A DNA stretch of 64,000 bases from Myxococcales bacterium (lineage in GTDB: Bacteria > Myxococcota_A > Polyangia > Haliangiales > Haliangiaceae). Position numbers and translations under genes: made by a program. The number at the start of each line of letters is the position of its first letter. Within the stretch, counting starts at the first letter, position 1. The stretch is from positions 399,695 through 463,694 of the forward strand of contig JADJGV010000002.1 in assembly GCA_016707895.1 (NCBI GenBank). The letters are read 5' to 3'. The notes under the pieces are model-generated. The model did no database searches and had not been told where the DNA came from. It worked only from the letters and a program-made list of their open reading frames with translations. Positions 34,449 through 48,199 of this stretch are shown here, in pieces.

Positions 34449-37400
34449 CTACCGACCGCGGGCCGTGAGGTAGCGACGCACCTCCTCGGCCTGGGCCTGG
34501 TTCTTCGGGTTGCGCGCGAGGTACGCCTCCCACGCGCGGATGGTGGCGCCGTCGTTGTGCATCACCTGCTGGACGGTGCCGAGCAGCCACAGCGCGTCGG
34601 TCAGCCACGGCACGGTCACGCCGTCCTTGCGTTCGTCCGTGGTCGCCAGCGTGGTGGCGCGCTCGAGGGCGCTGGCCGCCGGCCCCGCCCGATCGCCCTC
34701 GTAGTACAGCTCGCCGAGCTTGTAGTACGCGTCGGCCCGCGGCTGGGCGGCGACGGCCTTGGTCAGCCAGGTGACCGCGTTGGCGCGGTCCTCGAGCTCG
34801 ACGTAGGCCATGCCCAGGCCGTACGGCAGGTCGGCGTTGCCGGGATCCTTCTCGAGCGCCTTCTTGAACGCGGTGATCGCCTTGTCGTACTCGCCGCGGG
34901 CCAGGCGGATCCGCCCGGCGCCGGCCCAGGCGTTGACGATCGACTCGTCGAGCAGCGCGGCCTGGTCGTAGGCGCGCAGGGCCTCGTCGCGGACCGCGGT
35001 GTCGCCGGTCTGGCCCGAGAACTTCTCGCTGACCCGGCCCAGGCCTTCGAGGAACTGGGCGTCGGGGCTGCGGCTGGTGGCCTCTTGCATCACGCGCCGC
35101 GCCTCGCTGTAGCGCTTGTCGAGGAGCAGGCCCTCGCCCTTGAGGAACAGGCCGGTGGGATCGTCGGGCGTGACCGCGAGCAGCTCGTCGCCGAGCGCGC
35201 GCGCCGCGGCGATGTCGCCGGTGCGGGCGAAGAAGCGGCCGGCGCGGATCTTGGTCTCGACGGTGACGTCGGGCAGGCGCAGCAGCTTGCGGTACAGCTC
35301 GGCGGCGTCGGCGTCGCGGCGCGCGGCCTCGAACCCGCGGGCCAGCTCGACGCCGAGGTCGATGCGGCTCGGGTCGAGCTCGAACGCCTTCACCAGCGTC
35401 GCCACCGCCTCGTCTTGCTTGCCCTGGCGGCGCAGCGCCTCGGCCAGCTGGTAGTGGGCCTCGACCTCCGTCGGGCGTTGCTCGATCGCGCTGCGCAGCC
35501 AGCGCTCGGCCTGGGGCGCAGCGCCGGCCGACAGGTACGCGACGCCGAGCGCGATCGCGATGCCCGCGTCGCTGGTGGCGGCGGCGGCGATCGTCGTCAG
35601 CTTGGCGTCGGCCCGCGCGCGTAGCGCGGCGGCGTCCTCCGGCGTCTTGGCCGCGTCGGCCATGTGGCCCAGGAGCGTCGCCGCGGCGATCGTCGGGGCG
35701 ATGTCGCCGGCGCCCAGCGCCGTGGCGGCCCGCTCGTAGGCGGCCAGCGCCGCGGCGGGGTTCTTCTCGGCCTCGAGCCGGTGGCCGTCGATCATGTCGA
35801 GCCGGCCCAGCAGCGCCGGCGCGGTGATCGGCGGCTTGCGCTCGCGCAGCGCCGCCAGCCGGGCCGCGGCCTCGGGGATCTTGGCGCGGCGCAGATCGAT
35901 CTCGGCGGCGGTCAGGGCGGCGTCGACGTCGTCGGGCGCCAGCGCCAGCGCCTTGTCGGCGGCCTCGGCGGCGGCGTCGATCTTGCCGTCGGCCAGCTCG
36001 GTGGCGGCCAGCGACACCAGCACGCCCCGGTCGCCGGGCAGGATCGCCAGCGCCTTGCGGTAGCGATCGCGGGCGGCGTCGAGGCGACCGCCGCGGCGGG
36101 CCTCGTCGCCGGCGCGGGTCCAGGCCAGCACCACCGCGCGCGGGTCGGCCTTGTCGATGCCGGCGCGCTGCAGGATCGCCAGCAGCGAGGTCTCGCGCTT
36201 GCCCAGATCGGAGTTGGGCGCGGTCAGCACCTCGCCGACCAGGGCGCCGACGTGCTCGGGCGCCAGCTCGATCACCTTGAGGTAGCTGGCGTGGGCGGCG
36301 GCCACGTCGCCCCCGGCCTGTTGCGCCTGCGCCAGGCCGTAAGTCGCGGCCACCGGCCGCGCGGTGAGCGCCGCCGTGAACGCCTGCTGCGCGGCGGCCC
36401 ACTCTTGCGCGCCCGCTTGGGCCCAGCCCAGGTACAGCTGCGCGTCGGCGTCGCCGCGCGCGGCCAGCGGCTTGAGCGCCGCGATCGCGCCGGTGTAGTC
36501 GCCCTCGATGAGGTCGCGCACCGCGGCGGCCTTGTCGACGGTCGGGTGGTGCGCGCCGTTGGTGGTCGCGGTCTCGAGCAGGCGCCGCCCGTTCGCGAGC
36601 CGGGCCTCGGCCTGGGTGCCCTCCTCGACGTACGCGACCAGCGCGGCCTGGGCGGCGATGCCCAGCGCCTCGGCGTTGCGCTTGTCGAGCGCGAGCACGT
36701 CGTCGGCGGCGCGGGCCGCGCGGCGCCAGTGGGTCTCGTCATTCGCCAGCGCCGCCTTGCGCGCGGCCTTCAGGTTGCGATCGAGATCGGCGGCGCGCGT
36801 CTGCTGCGCGTCCCATCGCTTGTACATGAAGAAGCCGCCGGCGCCGACCGCGCCGACGCCCAGCACCGCCGCCAGCACCAGCTTCGCGGCGCGTGGCGAC
36901 AGCTTGGCCTTGGCCGGCCCCGCCTTGGGCGTGGCGCGGACCTTGGGCTGCGCCGGCGCGTCGCGGCGCGGCACCGCCAGGTCGATGTCGCCGGTGTTGG
37001 TCGCCGGCGCGCGGCTGTCGGAGCCGGGCGAGGTCGACGCGCCGGCCTTGAACGACACGACCCCGCGACCTGCGGCGGCCGCGGCGGCCGGCGAGGCGGG
37101 GAGGTCGAGGCCGAGCGGATCGCCGTCGCCCAGCTCGAGCGCGGGCGGCGGCTCCGACGGCGCGTGGGTGCGCGGCGTCGCCGGCACGCTGCGGGCGCTG
37201 GCGTTGGTGGGCTCGAGCTCGATCATCCCCGAACCGCCGGACGGCGGCGGCAGATCGATCCCCTCGAGCGCGGCCCCGGGCGCGACGCTCGGCGCCGGCG
37301 CCGGGAAGCGTTCGGCCCGCGGCACGCTGGGCGGCGGCAGGTCGTCGAACAGGCCGATCGCCGGCGCCGGGCTCTTGGCCGGCGGCAGATCGTCGAACAT

Positions 37401-38519
37401 GCTCGCGGGCGAGGGCGGCGCGACGCGCGCGGCCGGCGGGTTGGTGGCAGGGCCCGGGAGATCGTCGAAGAAGCCCTTGGGCGCGGGGAGATCGACGCCG
37501 CCCTTGCCGGTGGCGGGGCCCGGGAGATCGTCGAAGAAGCCCTTGGGCGCGGGCAGGTCGGGGCCCTTCGGCGTCGCGGGGCCTGGGAGATCGTCGAAGA
37601 AGCCCTTGGGCGCGGGGAGATCGACGCCGCCCTTGCCGGTGGCGGGGCCCGGGAGATCGTCGAAGAAGCCCTTGGGCGCGGGCAGCTGCGCGTTGTTCGC
37701 CAGCGGGCGCGCCGGCGGGATCGTCGGCGGCATGCCACCGACGGTGCGCTTGGGCTCGGGCGGCGGCGCGGCCGCTGGCCGCTTGGGCGTGGGCAGGTCG
37801 CCGATCATCGGCCCCTTGGGCGCCGGCAGGTCGTCGAACAGGTCGTTGCCGCTGGCGCGCTTGGGCGCGGGCAGGTCGCTGATCGCCGGCGGCCCCTTGG
37901 GCATCGGCAGGTCGCTGATCGCCGGCGGCCCCTTGGGCATCGGCAGGTCGCTGATCGCCGGCGGCCCCTTGGGCGCGGGCAGATCGACGATGCCGGCGGG
38001 CGGCCCCTTGGGCGCGGGCAGATCGACGATGCCTGCCGGCGGCCCCTTGGGCGCGGGCAGGTCGACGATGCCTGCCGGCGGCCCCTTGGGCGCGGGCAGG
38101 TCGGTGTACGGGCCGCGCGCGGTGGCCTTGGGGGCGTCGGCCGGCGCGGGCGCGCCGCGCGGCGAGGGGCCGACCGGCGCGACGAGGTCGACGCCGTCGA
38201 GCGTGAACGGCTCGGGCTCGCGCGGCTTGGGCACCGCCTTGGGCGCCGGCAGATCGACGATCGCCGACGGCGACGGGCCCTTGGGCGCAGGCAGATCGAC
38301 CGCCTCGACGCGCCCACCGGGCACGCCCGTGGGGGACGGGCGTCGCGGCGCGGGCAGATCGGCCAGGTCGATGACGTCGCCCGTGCCACCGGCGACGTCG
38401 CCCGGGACCACGATGCGCGCCTTGCACTTCGCACACGACACCGTCTTGCCCGCCGGCGGAATGTCAGCCGCGGGGAAGCGGTACATCGCGCCGCACACGG
38501 CGCATGCCACTTCCTTCAT
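34449..38519 (-). CDS. Giant (1356 aa) zinc-ribbon / Pro-rich repeat / TM / TPR-repeat protein
   Basis: N-terminal CxxC...CxxC zinc ribbon (MJ0042-like, MKEVACAVCGAMYRF...SCAKCKA). Tandem DLPAPKGPPAGIV and DLPAPKGFFDDLPGPATGKGGV repeats. A TM helix, then about 800 aa of TPR repeats. Confidence 0.75.
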   Translation of the reverse strand: MKEVACAVCGAMYRFPAADIPPAGKTVSCAKCKARIVVPGDVAGGTGDVIDLADLPAPRRPSPTGVPGGRVEAVDLPAPKGPSPSAIVDLPAPKAVPKPREPEPFTLDGVDLVAPVGPSPRGAPAPADAPKATARGPYTDLPAPKGPPAGIVDLPAPKGPPAGIVDLPAPKGPPAGIVDLPAPKGPPAISDLPMPKGPPAISDLPMPKGPPAISDLPAPKRASGNDLFDDLPAPKGPMIGDLPTPKRPAAAPPPEPKRTVGGMPPTIPPARPLANNAQLPAPKGFFDDLPGPATGKGGVDLPAPKGFFDDLPGPATPKGPDLPAPKGFFDDLPGPATGKGGVDLPAPKGFFDDLPGPATNPPAARVAPPSPASMFDDLPPAKSPAPAIGLFDDLPPPSVPRAERFPAPAPSVAPGAALEGIDLPPPSGGSGMIELEPTNASARSVPATPRTHAPSEPPPALELGDGDPLGLDLPASPAAAAAAGRGVVSFKAGASTSPGSDSRAPATNTGDIDLAVPRRDAPAQPKVRATPKAGPAKAKLSPRAAKLVLAAVLGVGAVGAGGFFMYKRWDAQQTRAADLDRNLKAARKAALANDETHWRRAARAADDVLALDKRNAEALGIAAQAALVAYVEEGTQAEARLANGRRLLETATTNGAHHPTVDKAAAVRDLIEGDYTGAIAALKPLAARGDADAQLYLGWAQAGAQEWAAAQQAFTAALTARPVAATYGLAQAQQAGGDVAAAHASYLKVIELAPEHVGALVGEVLTAPNSDLGKRETSLLAILQRAGIDKADPRAVVLAWTRAGDEARRGGRLDAARDRYRKALAILPGDRGVLVSLAATELADGKIDAAAEAADKALALAPDDVDAALTAAEIDLRRAKIPEAAARLAALRERKPPITAPALLGRLDMIDGHRLEAEKNPAAALAAYERAATALGAGDIAPTIAAATLLGHMADAAKTPEDAAALRARADAKLTTIAAAATSDAGIAIALGVAYLSAGAAPQAERWLRSAIEQRPTEVEAHYQLAEALRRQGKQDEAVATLVKAFELDPSRIDLGVELARGFEAARRDADAAELYRKLLRLPDVTVETKIRAGRFFARTGDIAAARALGDELLAVTPDDPTGLFLKGEGLLLDKRYSEARRVMQEATSRSPDAQFLEGLGRVSEKFSGQTGDTAVRDEALRAYDQAALLDESIVNAWAGAGRIRLARGEYDKAITAFKKALEKDPGNADLPYGLGMAYVELEDRANAVTWLTKAVAAQPRADAYYKLGELYYEGDRAGPAASALERATTLATTDERKDGVTVPWLTDALWLLGTVQQVMHNDGATIRAWEAYLARNPKNQAQAEEVRRYLTARGR
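37250..38110. repeat. In-frame tandem repeats (39-bp and 66-bp units) inside the zinc-ribbon/TPR gene
   Basis: GGCCCCTTGGGCGCGGGCAGATCGACGATGCC... units are reiterated at least 6 times. GGGCCCGGGAGATCGTCGAAGAAGCCCTTGGGCGCGGG... units occur 4 times. Confidence 0.7.
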
Positions 38520-38567
38520 CTGATCGAAATTGTACCCCGCCCGCGCGGGCGATGCGCGGTCGGGTGA

Positions 38568-39167
38568 CTACTTGCGGGTATCGAACGGGTTGCCGCCCAG
38601 GTCGCCGGCACCGCCGCCGCGCCCGCGCCGGCGGCCCCGGGGCGCCGGCGCCGCGTCATCCGGAGCGTCGAGGCGCGCGCCGCGCAGGCCGCGCAGGATC
38701 TTGCGGTCGACCTCCGGCAGCAGATCGAGCAGCGTCGCGGCCTGCTCGGGGGTCAACGCCGCGCGCAGCTCGCCGAAGCGCTGCTCCTCGGCGGTCCACC
38801 GCGCCCGCTGGTTGGCGACCAGCTGATCGAGCACCGCGCTGATGTCGGCCGCCTTGTGGGCGGCGCGCGCCGTCGCCAGCTTGTCGCGCAGCGCGGCGCG
38901 CTCGGCCAGCAGCTTGGCCAGCACGTCGTCGTACTTGTCGAGCACCGGGAACAGCTTGCCGGCGGTGGCCTCGTCGAGGTCGAGCTGCTCGGTCAGCACC
39001 ATCGCCCGCATGATCCGGATGCGTTGCTTCACCTTGTCGCGCTTGCCGCCGTTCCCGGCGGCCTTCTGGCCGACCTGCGGCCGCGCGCGATCGGGTCGGG
39101 CCTCCGCCGGCGCCACCAGGCCGGCCACCACCAGCGCCCCCAGGAGCATGGTTCGCAGCGTCGTCAT
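38568..39167 (-). CDS. Periplasmic CpxP/Spy-family (LTXXQ motif) protein
   Basis: Signal peptide MTTLRTMLLGALVVAGLVAPAEA. LTPEQ motif. Helical Arg/Lys-rich stress-chaperone-like composition. ATGA overlap with the upstream anti-sigma gene. Confidence 0.55.
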   Translation of the reverse strand: MTTLRTMLLGALVVAGLVAPAEARPDRARPQVGQKAAGNGGKRDKVKQRIRIMRAMVLTEQLDLDEATAGKLFPVLDKYDDVLAKLLAERAALRDKLATARAAHKAADISAVLDQLVANQRARWTAEEQRFGELRAALTPEQAATLLDLLPEVDRKILRGLRGARLDAPDDAAPAPRGRRRGRGGGAGDLGGNPFDTRK

Positions 39168-39760
39168 CCTGCCTCCTGCGCGTCGATCCACGCCAGCGCG
39201 CGATCGAGCTCGTCATCGGAGAACTCGTCGATCCACCCGGTCCAGGTCGCGCCCAGCGCCGGCAGCTCGTCGTCGCCGTCGTCCTCGTCGTCGAACGCGA
39301 TCACCTCGTCGATCAACGCGTCGTCGATCGGGCCCAGCCCGTCGAGGTCGCTGGCGGGATCGTCGTCGATCGCGAGCCCCGGATCGTCGTCGGCGACCGG
39401 CGACGGCGCGGGCGGCGGCGCCACCGCGACGCTCGGCAGCGGCACCACCGGCCACGACCAGCGCCCGGCGTGCGGCCGCAGGGCCAGCGCCACCACCGCG
39501 GCCGCCGCCAGCGCGACCCCGGCGTACAGCCACGGCCGCCGCCGCGCCGGGGCTCGGGTGGTGGCCGCGAAGATGCGCTCCTCGAGGGCGCGCCAGTCGG
39601 GCGCGGCGCCCGCGGTCGGCAGCGCCCGCACCGCGGCCACGGTCGCGCCGTCGTCCTCGGCCAGCGCGGCCTCGACCCGCGCGCGCTGGGCGGCGGTCAA
39701 CGCCTCCGGCGTCTCGGCGTAGGTCGCCAGCAGCGCGTCGAGGGTGGGGTCGTCGTTCAT
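39164..39760 (-). CDS. Putative membrane anti-sigma factor (198 aa, single TM, acidic periplasmic tail)
   Basis: ATG at 39760 overlaps the sigma gene stop (ATGA). TM segment WLYAGVALAAAAVVALAL. Genomic context. Confidence 0.55.
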   Translation of the reverse strand: MNDDPTLDALLATYAETPEALTAAQRARVEAALAEDDGATVAAVRALPTAGAAPDWRALEERIFAATTRAPARRRPWLYAGVALAAAAVVALALRPHAGRWSWPVVPLPSVAVAPPPAPSPVADDDPGLAIDDDPASDLDGLGPIDDALIDEVIAFDDEDDGDDELPALGATWTGWIDEFSDDELDRALAWIDAQEAG

Positions 39761-40359
39761 GGCTCGATCGCCTCGCTGCCGAGGAGGCCGCGCAGCCGCT
39801 TGACCGCGAAGTGGAAGCTTACCTTGGCCGCGTTCTCGGTGCAGTCGGCCAGCGCCGCCACCTCGCGGAACGACAGCTCGTCGAACACCCGCAGCTCGAG
39901 CACCAGCTTCTGCTTGGGCGGCAGCTCGGCGATCGCGGCCCGCAGCGCCGCCGCCCGCTGGCTGCCCTCGAGGCGGTCGGCGCCGGTGGCGGCGATCGTC
40001 AGCGCGTCGTCGGCCAGCTCGCTGGGCTGCTCGCGGGCGCGGTCGCGCACGGCGTTGAGCGACAGGTTGATCGCGATGCGGTACAGCCAGCTGCGCACGC
40101 TGGCGTCGCCGCGGAAGTTGGCCAGCGCCTGGTAGGCGCGCACGAACGCCTGCTGGGTCACGTCCGCGGCGTCGGCGTCCGACCGCAGGTAGCGCCGGGC
40201 CAGGTGCCACAGGCCGCGCTGGTGGCGGCGGACGATCTGCTCGAACGCCGCCCGGTCGCCGCGCTGGGCCCGGGCCACCAGCGCGCGGTCGACGTCGATC
40301 GGCTCGTCGGTCACCGCGTCCTCGGTGCGCAGCCACGCGGCGGGCAGGGCCAGGTCCAT
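39757..40359 (-). CDS. ECF RNA polymerase sigma factor (sigma-24 family)
   Basis: Sigma2 region (VTQQAFVRAYQALANF). Sigma4 HTH (LSFREVAALADCTENAAKVSFHFAVKRLR). Confidence 0.85.
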   Translation of the reverse strand: MDLALPAAWLRTEDAVTDEPIDVDRALVARAQRGDRAAFEQIVRRHQRGLWHLARRYLRSDADAADVTQQAFVRAYQALANFRGDASVRSWLYRIAINLSLNAVRDRAREQPSELADDALTIAATGADRLEGSQRAAALRAAIAELPPKQKLVLELRVFDELSFREVAALADCTENAAKVSFHFAVKRLRGLLGSEAIEP

Positions 40360-40457
40360 GACGGTTGGACCCGGCGCTTGCGCCCGGGGTTAAGCGGCAG
40401 TAGCTTCACGGTCCAAGTACCCTCGATCGCTCGCGTTTCGGGGGCAGAAAGCCGACC

Positions 40458-41747
<1,290 letters not shown>

Positions 41748-41766
41748 GCCGCGCGGCGCGCGCGGG

Positions 41767-42996
41767 TCAGAACTGGCCCGACAGCGGCGAGGTGTCGGCG
41801 CGGCCCGGGCTGTCCAGCACCCAGGTGCCGAGCGCGAACAGCCCGACGCCGAACCCGAGCGTGAAGCCCGACATCGTGCACATCACGCCGCGGTCGTCGT
41901 CGTCGCTGGTCAGGCAGGGGATCGCGAAACCCGCGCCGATGACGCCGTAGAACACCCCGCCCATCCGGGACAGCCCCGCGAGGTTCCAGCGCGACGTCGT
42001 GTGGGCCTTCACCTGGACGCCGCCGACCGCCGCCCAGTCGCGGAGGTTCGGCAGCTGCACGCGGGTCGTGCGCGACAAGATGCTCGACTGCTCTCGCAAC
42101 AGCAGCGTGCGCGACGGATCGAGGCGCTGGGTGCACGGCGTCGCGCAGACCTTGTGACCGTCGACGACCACGTCCCACGTCGTCTCGGGCTCGGCCGACA
42201 TGAGCTGCACCTCGATCGGCCCGCCGGCGGCCGGCGGCGGTCGTCCGTAGGCGAGCTGACCTGGTCCGCCGGTGGGTTGCACCGACATCAGGAACATCTG
42301 GATCGGGGACGCGCAGCTGGCGTCAGGCGCGGCGTCGGTCGAGTTCGCGCACGACGCGGCCTCGCCCGCCCGGCGGATGATCGACTTGCTGGCGGTGCTG
42401 GTGGCGTTCGCGGCCCCGATCGTGTGGACGCTGGCCTCGAGGCTGGCCGTGGTGGTGCCACCAGCGGCGAGCTGGTAGGCGCCGATCGCGAGCCCGCCGA
42501 CGACGTGGGTCGCGCCCTGGCAGTCGCCCTCGATCGTCGGCATCGCCCCGGGCGCGATGCCCAACCGGAACTGGCCGGCGATCGTGGTCTGCATGGTCAA
42601 GCTGCCCGAGCCTTGCAGCTCGCCCGCCAGCGACGCGGCGCCGAGCGGCAGCTTCGCGTACAGCTCGTCCTGGTTCCGGATCTCGATCCAGTCCGACGAC
42701 GGCGTGGTGCGCACCCAGTAGTACGGGTCCTTGGTGCGGCACTGCGTGAGCACCGTCATCGTGCAGCCGGTGAACGAGACCACCACGCCGCTGCCCAGCC
42801 GGATCTGGGTCTCGAGGTTGGCCTTCTCCGCCGCCGGCCACTCGGTGACGAGCGGCTGGTCTTGCCCGACGGCGTTCCGGCAGCGCGTGCCTTCTCCCGT
42901 CAGGGTCGGCAGGCTCGGCTGAGAGACGATCGAGACCGGCCGGCAACCGGCCACCGCGAGCACGAGGACGACGAACGCACCCTTGGCCGCTCCCAT
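41767..42996 (-). CDS. Hypothetical lipoprotein with C-terminal TM helix
   Basis: MGAAKGAFVVLVLAVAGC lipobox. Confidence 0.45.
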   Translation of the reverse strand: MGAAKGAFVVLVLAVAGCRPVSIVSQPSLPTLTGEGTRCRNAVGQDQPLVTEWPAAEKANLETQIRLGSGVVVSFTGCTMTVLTQCRTKDPYYWVRTTPSSDWIEIRNQDELYAKLPLGAASLAGELQGSGSLTMQTTIAGQFRLGIAPGAMPTIEGDCQGATHVVGGLAIGAYQLAAGGTTTASLEASVHTIGAANATSTASKSIIRRAGEAASCANSTDAAPDASCASPIQMFLMSVQPTGGPGQLAYGRPPPAAGGPIEVQLMSAEPETTWDVVVDGHKVCATPCTQRLDPSRTLLLREQSSILSRTTRVQLPNLRDWAAVGGVQVKAHTTSRWNLAGLSRMGGVFYGVIGAGFAIPCLTSDDDDRGVMCTMSGFTLGFGVGLFALGTWVLDSPGRADTSPLSGQF

Positions 42997-43040
42997 CGTG
43001 CCGAGCGTACCACCGGCCACCACCCGGTCGGTCGGTTTCG

Positions 43041-43430
43041 TCAGGGGGCAGCCAGCGCCAGCGCCGTCATCACCGCGGTCAGCCGCGCGAGCTCGTCGGC
43101 GTAGTCGGCGGCGCAGCGCCGGCCGTAGTCGTCGTCGCGGGTCGCGAAGTGGGCGAGCTGCCGCTGCGCGACCGCCGTGGCCGCCGCGGCCAGCGCCCGG
43201 GCCTGCTCACGATCGAGCCGGTCGAGGCTCGGCGCGTCGGCGACGTAGCCGATCTCGTTGTCGTGGTCGCGAGTGTAGCGAAACCACGCGCCGCAGCTCG
43301 CGCACTGGCGCAGCTCGCCGTAGGGCTCGGAGTAGGGCAGGTGCGAGCCGCCGATGATCGCCAGCTGGTCGGCCTGGTCCGGGGTGAGGCCGTCGCAGCG
43401 CGGGCAGGGTGAGGGCTGGGCCGGCGGCAT
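43041..43430 (-). CDS. Small zinc-ribbon-like hypothetical protein (129 aa)
   Basis: CPRC ... CASC cysteine pairs. High GC3. Confidence 0.35.
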   Translation of the reverse strand: MPPAQPSPCPRCDGLTPDQADQLAIIGGSHLPYSEPYGELRQCASCGAWFRYTRDHDNEIGYVADAPSLDRLDREQARALAAAATAVAQRQLAHFATRDDDYGRRCAADYADELARLTAVMTALALAAP

Positions 43431-43578
43431 CGCCGCGATTGTATCGACGGGGCCACCTGGCCGCCCGGGGCCGTGGTGGCGGCAGGTTGGGGGGGCGTTC
43501 GAGGGCCTAAAATCCCGCCACTAGATCCTTTACAAGCGAAGGGCCCTCCATATACTGCGCGTCACCTCTGGGCACTCT

Positions 43579-43662
<84 letters not shown>

Positions 43663-43733
43663 AAGGCTGACAACCGAATAGCTCGATCGTCGTTTTCTTT
43701 CTCGCTCGTCCATCGGGTCCGCCGATGGTCGAA

Positions 43734-43824
<91 letters not shown>

Positions 43825-43892
43825 CTGACTTGGCCGCTGCGAGCGCTCCGTACCGCTCGTGTCCGCTTCTCTATGTCCTAGCTTTTGTGTTT

Positions 43893-43965
<73 letters not shown>

Positions 43966-43968
43966 CTG

Positions 43969-44631
<663 letters not shown>

Positions 44632-44710
44632 CACGACGTCTGTGAACCCCGCCAGGTCCGGAAGGAAGCAACGGTAGCGGAACTAGTGGGTGCCTGGGGC
44701 CACTTTTCTT

Positions 44711-44748
44711 CGAGGGCGACTCTCACGAGTCGCCCTCGAGCTTTTTTC
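44711..44748 (+). terminator. Rho-independent terminator (perfect 12-bp stem, 4-nt loop, T6 tract)
   Basis: CGAGGGCGACTC-TCAC-GAGTCGCCCTCG followed by AGCTTTTTTC. Confidence 0.7.
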
Positions 44749-44874
44749 GGCGAGCGGCGGCGGGGCTAGCTGGCGGGTCGAAATCACCGGCCGAGGATGA
44801 TCTTGGCCGTTCGCCAGAACGTGGAATGTGACTGATGTGATAGCGTCGGTCTCGGACAAACGAGAGGACGGGCC

Positions 44875-46782
<1,908 letters not shown>

Positions 46783-46858
46783 CTGTCGCGCCGCGCCGGT
46801 CGCGACGACACGCCGCCGGCCTGACCGCCCCTCACCCCGCGGGCGGCGCTAGGCTGGG

Positions 46859-47860
46859 GTGATGTCGATGGCCACTGCGTTCACCCGCCACGCCGGGGTC
46901 GAGGTGCCGCTGATCTGCGGCGCGATGTATCCGTGCAGCAACCCCGAGCTGATCGCCGCGGTGTCGGCGGCCGGCGGGCTGGGGATCATCCAGCCGATCT
47001 CGATGACGTTCGTGCACAAGCACGACCTGCGCGCCGGCATCCGCTGGATCCGCGCGCAGACCACCAAGCCGATCGGCTTCAACGCGATCGTCGAGAAGTC
47101 GTCGAAGGTCTACGAGGACCGGATGCGCAAGTGGATCGACGTCGCGCTCGAGGAGGGTGTGCGGTTCTTCGTGACCGCGCTCGGCGATCCGCGCTGGGTG
47201 GTCGAGCGGGTCCACGCGGTCGGCGGCGTCGTCTACCACGACGTCACCGAGCGCAAGTTCGCCGAGAAGGCGCTGGCCGGCGGCGTCGACGGGCTGATCT
47301 GCGTGAACCGGGACGCCGGCGGTCACGCCGGGTCGCGCTCGCCCGAGCAGCTGATGGCCGAGCTCGGCGACCTGGGCGCGCCGCTGGTGTGCGCCGGCGG
47401 CGTCGGCGACGCGGCGGCGTTCGTGCGCGCGCTCGAGCTGGGCTTCGCCGGCGTGCAGGTCGGCACGCGGTTCATCGCGACCACCGAGTGCAAGGCCCAC
47501 GACGACTACAAGCAGGCGATCCTGAAGGCGCGGCCGGCCGACATCGTGCTCAGCGAGCGGATCTCCGGCGTGCCGGTCGCGGTCATCCGCACGCCGTACG
47601 TCGACAAGGTCGGCACCCAGGCCAGCTTCCTGATGAAGCGCGCGCTGCGCCACCCCAAGCTCAAGCACTACGCGCGCATGTACTACAGCGTGAAGAGCGT
47701 CTTCGAGCTGCGCCGCGCGTCCTTGCAGGGCGTCAGCTACAAGGACTTCTTCCAGGCCGGCAAGAGCGTCGGCGGCATCGACGCGATCGAGCCCGCCGGC
47801 GAGATCGTCCGCCGCTTCGCCGCCGCCGCCGAGGCCGCCGCCGCGCGGCGCGCAGGCTGA
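46859..47860 (+). CDS. Nitronate monooxygenase / FabK-like FMN-dependent oxidoreductase (NPD family)
   Basis: TIM-barrel NPD motifs (PLICGAMYPCSNPELIAAVSAAGGLGIIQ; GGHAG; CAGGVGD...VQVGTRF). Confidence 0.8.
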   Translation: MMSMATAFTRHAGVEVPLICGAMYPCSNPELIAAVSAAGGLGIIQPISMTFVHKHDLRAGIRWIRAQTTKPIGFNAIVEKSSKVYEDRMRKWIDVALEEGVRFFVTALGDPRWVVERVHAVGGVVYHDVTERKFAEKALAGGVDGLICVNRDAGGHAGSRSPEQLMAELGDLGAPLVCAGGVGDAAAFVRALELGFAGVQVGTRFIATTECKAHDDYKQAILKARPADIVLSERISGVPVAVIRTPYVDKVGTQASFLMKRALRHPKLKHYARMYYSVKSVFELRRASLQGVSYKDFFQAGKSVGGIDAIEPAGEIVRRFAAAAEAAAARRAG

Positions 47861-47911
47861 GTGATGGTCCTGGCATCGGACCGAATTCGGGACTAAGATC
47901 GGCCCACTGCC

Positions 47912-48199
47912 ATGCGAACGCCGCGCGTCTCCGAGGACTTTGTCCCGATCAGCGAACTGAAGGCCCAGGCCGCAGAGTGGCTTCGTCGCATCGCCGAGAC
48001 TGACGCCCCGATCGTGATCACGCAGCATGGTCGGCCGGCCGGCGTCCTGCTCTCGCCGCAGGCGTTCGACGAGCTGACCGATCACAGCCGCTTCATGGCG
48101 TCGGTCAACGCCGGCATGGCCGACGCGCTGGCTGGCCGTGTCCACAGCCACGCCTCGGTCAAGGCGCGCTTCGCCAAGCGCGCACGTCGAAGCCGGTGA
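47912..48199 (+). CDS. Type II antitoxin, Phd/YefM family
   Basis: MRTPRVSEDFVPISELKAQAAEWLRRIAETDAPIVITQHGRPAGVLLSPQAFDEL. Confidence 0.8.
   Translation: MRTPRVSEDFVPISELKAQAAEWLRRIAETDAPIVITQHGRPAGVLLSPQAFDELTDHSRFMASVNAGMADALAGRVHSHASVKARFAKRARRSR

Noticed and set aside
35664-38567. 967-aa plus-strand ORF and 36739..38436(-) ORF
   Set aside because: Shadow frames of the repeat-rich zinc-ribbon/TPR gene. Their translations are (R/G/A)-rich with reiterated GRGQ units that mirror the DNA repeats.
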